From: Podarcis filfolensis
Lineage: Eukaryota
Direction: 5' to 3' (one strand)
Assembly (NCBI GenBank): GCA_964270895.1
Contig: OZ185438.1
Length of the DNA stretch: 64,000 bases
The notes under the pieces are model-generated. The model saw nothing but the letters and a program-made list of their open reading frames with translations, searched no databases and was not told the origin of the DNA. The position numbers and the translations under genes are program-made. This document shows, piece by piece, positions 60,198-64,000 of the stretch (position 1 is the stretch's first letter; every line of letters begins with the position of its first letter).

Positions 60198-61071
60198 GTA
60201 TGTACCCGCCCCACTGCCTTCCTGATCTCAGTGTGATAATATGTCTTAGAAACCTAACATTCTGTTGCAATGTGATTGTGATCAGTGAAAATCAGCAAAG
60301 TGTTGTAAATCAAATATGCATCTCTAACTTCCGGAGGAAGGCCTTAGGCTAGGTGGGCACTATAATAATGTTCTGTCAAGTATGTGAAATTAAGTGCAGT
60401 GGACAGGGATGATTGGTTCTTATAGTCACGACTGCAGGTTTGTTTTGATGCCTTTCCTAACTTGTCCGTCCGTTCTGGCAAACAGTCATTCAGAGAGAAG
60501 ACGAATGGGCACACATGTTAGATTTATTATCAAGAGTGTTCTGTTGCATAATTTGAAGTACGTTGCAACTGTTTGTTTCTACTGTGAATATATTAACTAG
60601 AAAGGCAAAAGCCTTTCCCTGACGTGTGTAAAACACTCGATGCCTATGTTTTTTTCTACATGGAGTTTATTTCACAAACTCATGTGAAGCTGCTCTTAGC
60701 AGAACTAAGAACTGAAAATAGCTCTCTTGATCCAAAGTCAAAAGCAAGTAAAGTTTCAGGTCAAACTTGAAGTACATCTGACATAATAAATTCTTGGGCT
60801 GCTCTTTGGAATCATAAAAGTTATCATTAGTGACCTATTTATAAATTGAATATCCGCTTTCCTTGATATTTAAATTTGCTTAAGTTTCATTTTTCAGTTT
60901 CCTGTTCTTCTATTTTTTAAAATTTTGGGGGATGGTTTATTTTACAACTATCTTAGAAAATTTGGGACCATTAGGTTGCGTTATCAATCCAGAACTGTTA
61001 ACAGCCCTTGCATGTTATGCATCAAGGAGAGATTATTTCAGTAAGGTGACAATTTTCCTCCTCTTAAAAAG

Positions 61072-61158
61072 CAATATGGTGAAATTGAAGACTGCCAGAT
61101 AGATGACTCGTCTCTCCATGCAGTGATTACTTTCAAGACGAGAGCAGAAGCCGAGGCA
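61072..61158 (+). CDS. RBM26: RBM26 exon 20 (RRM2)
   Basis: AAAAAG|CAA; QYGEIEDCQIDDSSLHAVITFKTRAEAEA; |GTAAGT; 87 nt. Confidence 0.94.
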
Positions 61159-61682
61159 GTAAGTAGATCCTCCTTTTTTTTGCTTTCATGATAGGCGGTA
61201 AGGTTGAGTTTAACTGCATCTAACTATTGTACAGAGCTTCTGTGTTCCACCCCTTCCTATTACCTGTAATACATGTGTCGTGTATTAGCATACACTTTGT
61301 CTGGCTTCAGTTATTTAATTAAATAATGAAGACCAAACCACCGAAATAAAGTGAGTGTGTACAGAGGCTTTGCTCTCATTTTCCCGTTTCAATCTAAGAT
61401 GTTGGAGGACGAAGGACTGCCGGGGCGGGGGGTGCATTTCCTATAATGAAGTGTATCTGGCAATGTAACCTTAAGCACTTTGGATTGGTTTCAGCTAAGG
61501 AGTCCCATTAATGGAAGGATTTCTGCTGGTGTTGCAGGGATCTTCCCTCTCCACCCCACCCCGGGCTACCACACAGACAACCGATTGGCTCTGGGAGCGT
61601 TGAGAGAACCTCCACAACAGCATGCAGAATGTGGAGAGGGGGGTTCGTTCCAAGCATCATATGGAAATGCTTGTGTCTAGGG

Positions 61683-61935
61683 CTTGGATAGGCAAACTAA
61701 GGCCCGGGGGCTGGATCCGGCCCAGTCGCCTTCTCAATCCGGCCCGCGGGAAGTCCAGGAATCAGCGTGTTTTTACAAGAGTAGAATGTGTCCTTTTATT
61801 TAAAATGCATCTCTGGGTTATTTGTGGGGCATAAGAATTCGCTCATTCTCCCCCCCCCCCCAATATCGTCCGGCTCCTCACAAGGTCTGAGGGACAATGG
61901 ACTGGCCCCCTGATGAAAAAATTTGCTGACCCCTG
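61683..61935 (+). mobile_element. hAT-Charlie/MER20-like MITE, copy 2
   Basis: Perfect TSD GTCTAGGG (61675-61682, 61936-61943). 3' TIR TTGCTGACCCCTG intact, 5' TIR mutated. Confidence 0.88.
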
Positions 61936-63890
61936 GTCTAGGGAATCATTGCCACAGCGCTACATTGAATTCTTCCCTTCATGGTTGTGTGTGTGTAAAA
62001 TGCAGTTGACACGCTGACCTCTGTTCTATTTATCAGCTTTTGTCATATTGGCGTTTTCTTTGGCTGTAGTTCTCTTTCTCAGCTTTTAGTTGAAGAATCA
62101 AGAGAAAATGTGCTTTATCAAAGCTAGAAAGAGCTACGGCCTAAATTCCTTGTAACACGTTTGTTTTCCATGCTTGTGAGCGCAGGGATCGTCAACTAGG
62201 ATTCTCTTTAACATCTTGCAGCTTCTAACAGTATTTCATCACTAAATGGCAAAGCAAAGTTTTGTGCAAAATTACTTTGGAAAGATTAAGGCCCCAAAGA
62301 TGCTCTCCAAAACCCTGAGGGGTCCTTTGTGACATTGCGAATGGAACAACAGATTTGTGTTTTCTCTAAAACTTTCAATCTGATTGTGTTATGGATATGA
62401 ATATTTTCTCGAATACAAGAAGAGGAACTTGATTAGCTGTAAAACTAACAAAAAAGAAGTTCATAGTGTATAAATCAAATATCTGCAAGTTAAGTTTCTA
62501 CTTGTTAGCAAATCAAATATATTATAAATAATAATTGGTAGTAGAAGTTAATCTTCAAAGTAGTTATAGCTTTCTTTGAAGGAATGGTAGCTAATATTTT
62601 ACTGTCTTGAATGAAAGAGGTTTAAGTTTTATGGCCGTGTGCATTTGAGCTTGGAAGGGTGAGGAGGATTCCCTAGTCGTAAAATGTTGCATTTTTATGT
62701 TGCAGTAATTTCTTTCAAAGATTACAAGTTGTTTCTGAACCCAAATGTCATATATAAGTATTCTTTAAAAATTCCAGTTTGTGACATTGTGATGAGACCA
62801 TGGACAAAAAACCCACTCCTGTGGTGCATTTTAATAGGCATGGAATCTTTTAAAATTGATCATAAATTTATATGTACAGATTTAAAATTTATACCTGGGG
62901 ACCTTAATATCACACAATTCATGTTCAGATGTCATCAAACATGTAATTGTTTCCACATTTCACATTATGCTGTACTTTCAGATTGTACTATAAATCTTTT
63001 GTGACTGTGGCAGTTATTTCGGAATGTTGCTAACACTGATTTATGCTAGTTCATGTTACTTTAATTTGAACATACTATTTCCAAAGCAGCCACTTAATGC
63101 AGCTGGTACTTAAGAAGGCATGAATATCCCATAGGTTAATTTTTTTATTTTTTACATTTCAATTACCAAGCCTTTAAAGAAAATGGAATGCTTTTCGGCA
63201 GAATAAGTTATATTCTTTAAGTTTATTTTTTTTAAAAAACCAACTCAGTTTTATTTTCAGGATGCCCCGTTTTGGGCAGTAGTAATAATGTATGAAGATT
63301 AAAAAGTATCAATATTTCAAAAGCAATACACCAGTGAGGAGATTGTTCAGTAACAGTTGGTTTCTCTGAACAGCATGCTACCTTCATGTTGAAATAATTC
63401 AGGACTTTAAAAAAAATCATTTTTCTTCATTGCCTTGTGTATGTGTAGACACCAAAAGAAATCTGGAAAGGCTTGCATGCACGTTTACCTTTGAAATAGT
63501 AATCTGCAATAGAATACTAAGACTACAGTATACCTTGTATACTGCACTCCTGCATTGAAACCTAGGCTTAAAATTTGCCAAAGGACTTGGGGATGCCCAC
63601 TGGGGTGTTGATTTGTTCTTTAAACAACAACCCCCCCCAAAAAACCCCCACCTCCCAATGCTATATCATAACCTGCTTTTGTTAATACACACATTTTCCA
63701 AAGTGATTTGTCATGTGGCATAGTGAAATACTGTCCTAAAAACAAAAGTCCTGAGAGTTGGGACAATTATTTCAGTTGCAGCCTAGTTACGCAGAGGTGC
63801 ATGCAGTTTATTCTGGTATTTGTTGCCATTCAACCATTTCCCCCCAGAGGACATGTTTCGTTATAAAGAGAATATTGCTGTTCTCTTTAG

Positions 63891-64000
63891 GCTGCTATCC
63901 ATGGATCTCGCTTCAAAGGGCAAGACCTGAAGTTGGCCTGGAACAAGCCAGTCGCAAATATCTCAACGATGGAAACGGAGGAGACTGAACCAGATGAAGA
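63891..64000 (+). CDS. RBM26: RBM26 exon 21 (partial, runs off the window)
   Basis: CTTTAG|GCT; AAIHGSRFKGQDLKLAWNKPVANISTMETEETEPDE... Confidence 0.95.

Larger units (their letters stand above)
24724..64000 (+). other. RBM26: RBM26 gene body (RNA-binding motif protein 26), 3' end beyond the window
   Basis: 21 GT-AG-bounded exons splice into one open frame matching vertebrate RBM26 as I recall it (MV..MIIENFEALKSWLSKTL...AWNKPV). Domain order PWI-RS-CCCH-Pro-RRM-CC-RGG-RRM. Confidence 0.96.

Noticed and set aside
1-64000. CRISPR arrays, rRNA genes, U12-type introns
   Set aside because: No regularly spaced repeat-spacer units or rRNA-like sequence. All RBM26 introns are GT-AG and none has the GTATCCTT U12 donor.

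Overview
Vertebrate genomic DNA, almost certainly a squamate reptile and probably a lacertid lizard (inferred from Sauria SINEs and the L2/L1/CR1/Tc1/hAT repeat set). Right two-thirds: the + strand gene RBM26, from its CpG-island promoter (~24.3-24.9 kb) through 20 complete coding exons and part of exon 21. I mapped all exons by hand; every intron is GT-AG, phases are consistent and the frame is open (~979 codons: PWI, RS, CCCH finger, Pro-rich, RRM1, coiled coil, RGG, RRM2). Left third: transposon-dense intergenic DNA. Its main feature is an apparently intact, full-length 5.7-kb RTE-X-like LINE (2157-7862, perfect 12-bp TSD) nested in a hAT element. ORF1 and ORF2 of this LINE are in the same frame, separated by a single UGA in the readthrough-type context UGA-CUA, and ORF2 has no AUG before its first endonuclease motif. 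Other leads: a possible intron in the LINE 5'UTR, a decayed duplicate of RBM26 exon 15 with an intact acceptor and early stop, a candidate stop-containing exon in intron 20, and a cassette exon adding a second SVKERLG motif. Family names come from recalled motifs, not database searches. No CRISPR array, rRNA or genuine tRNA gene was seen.
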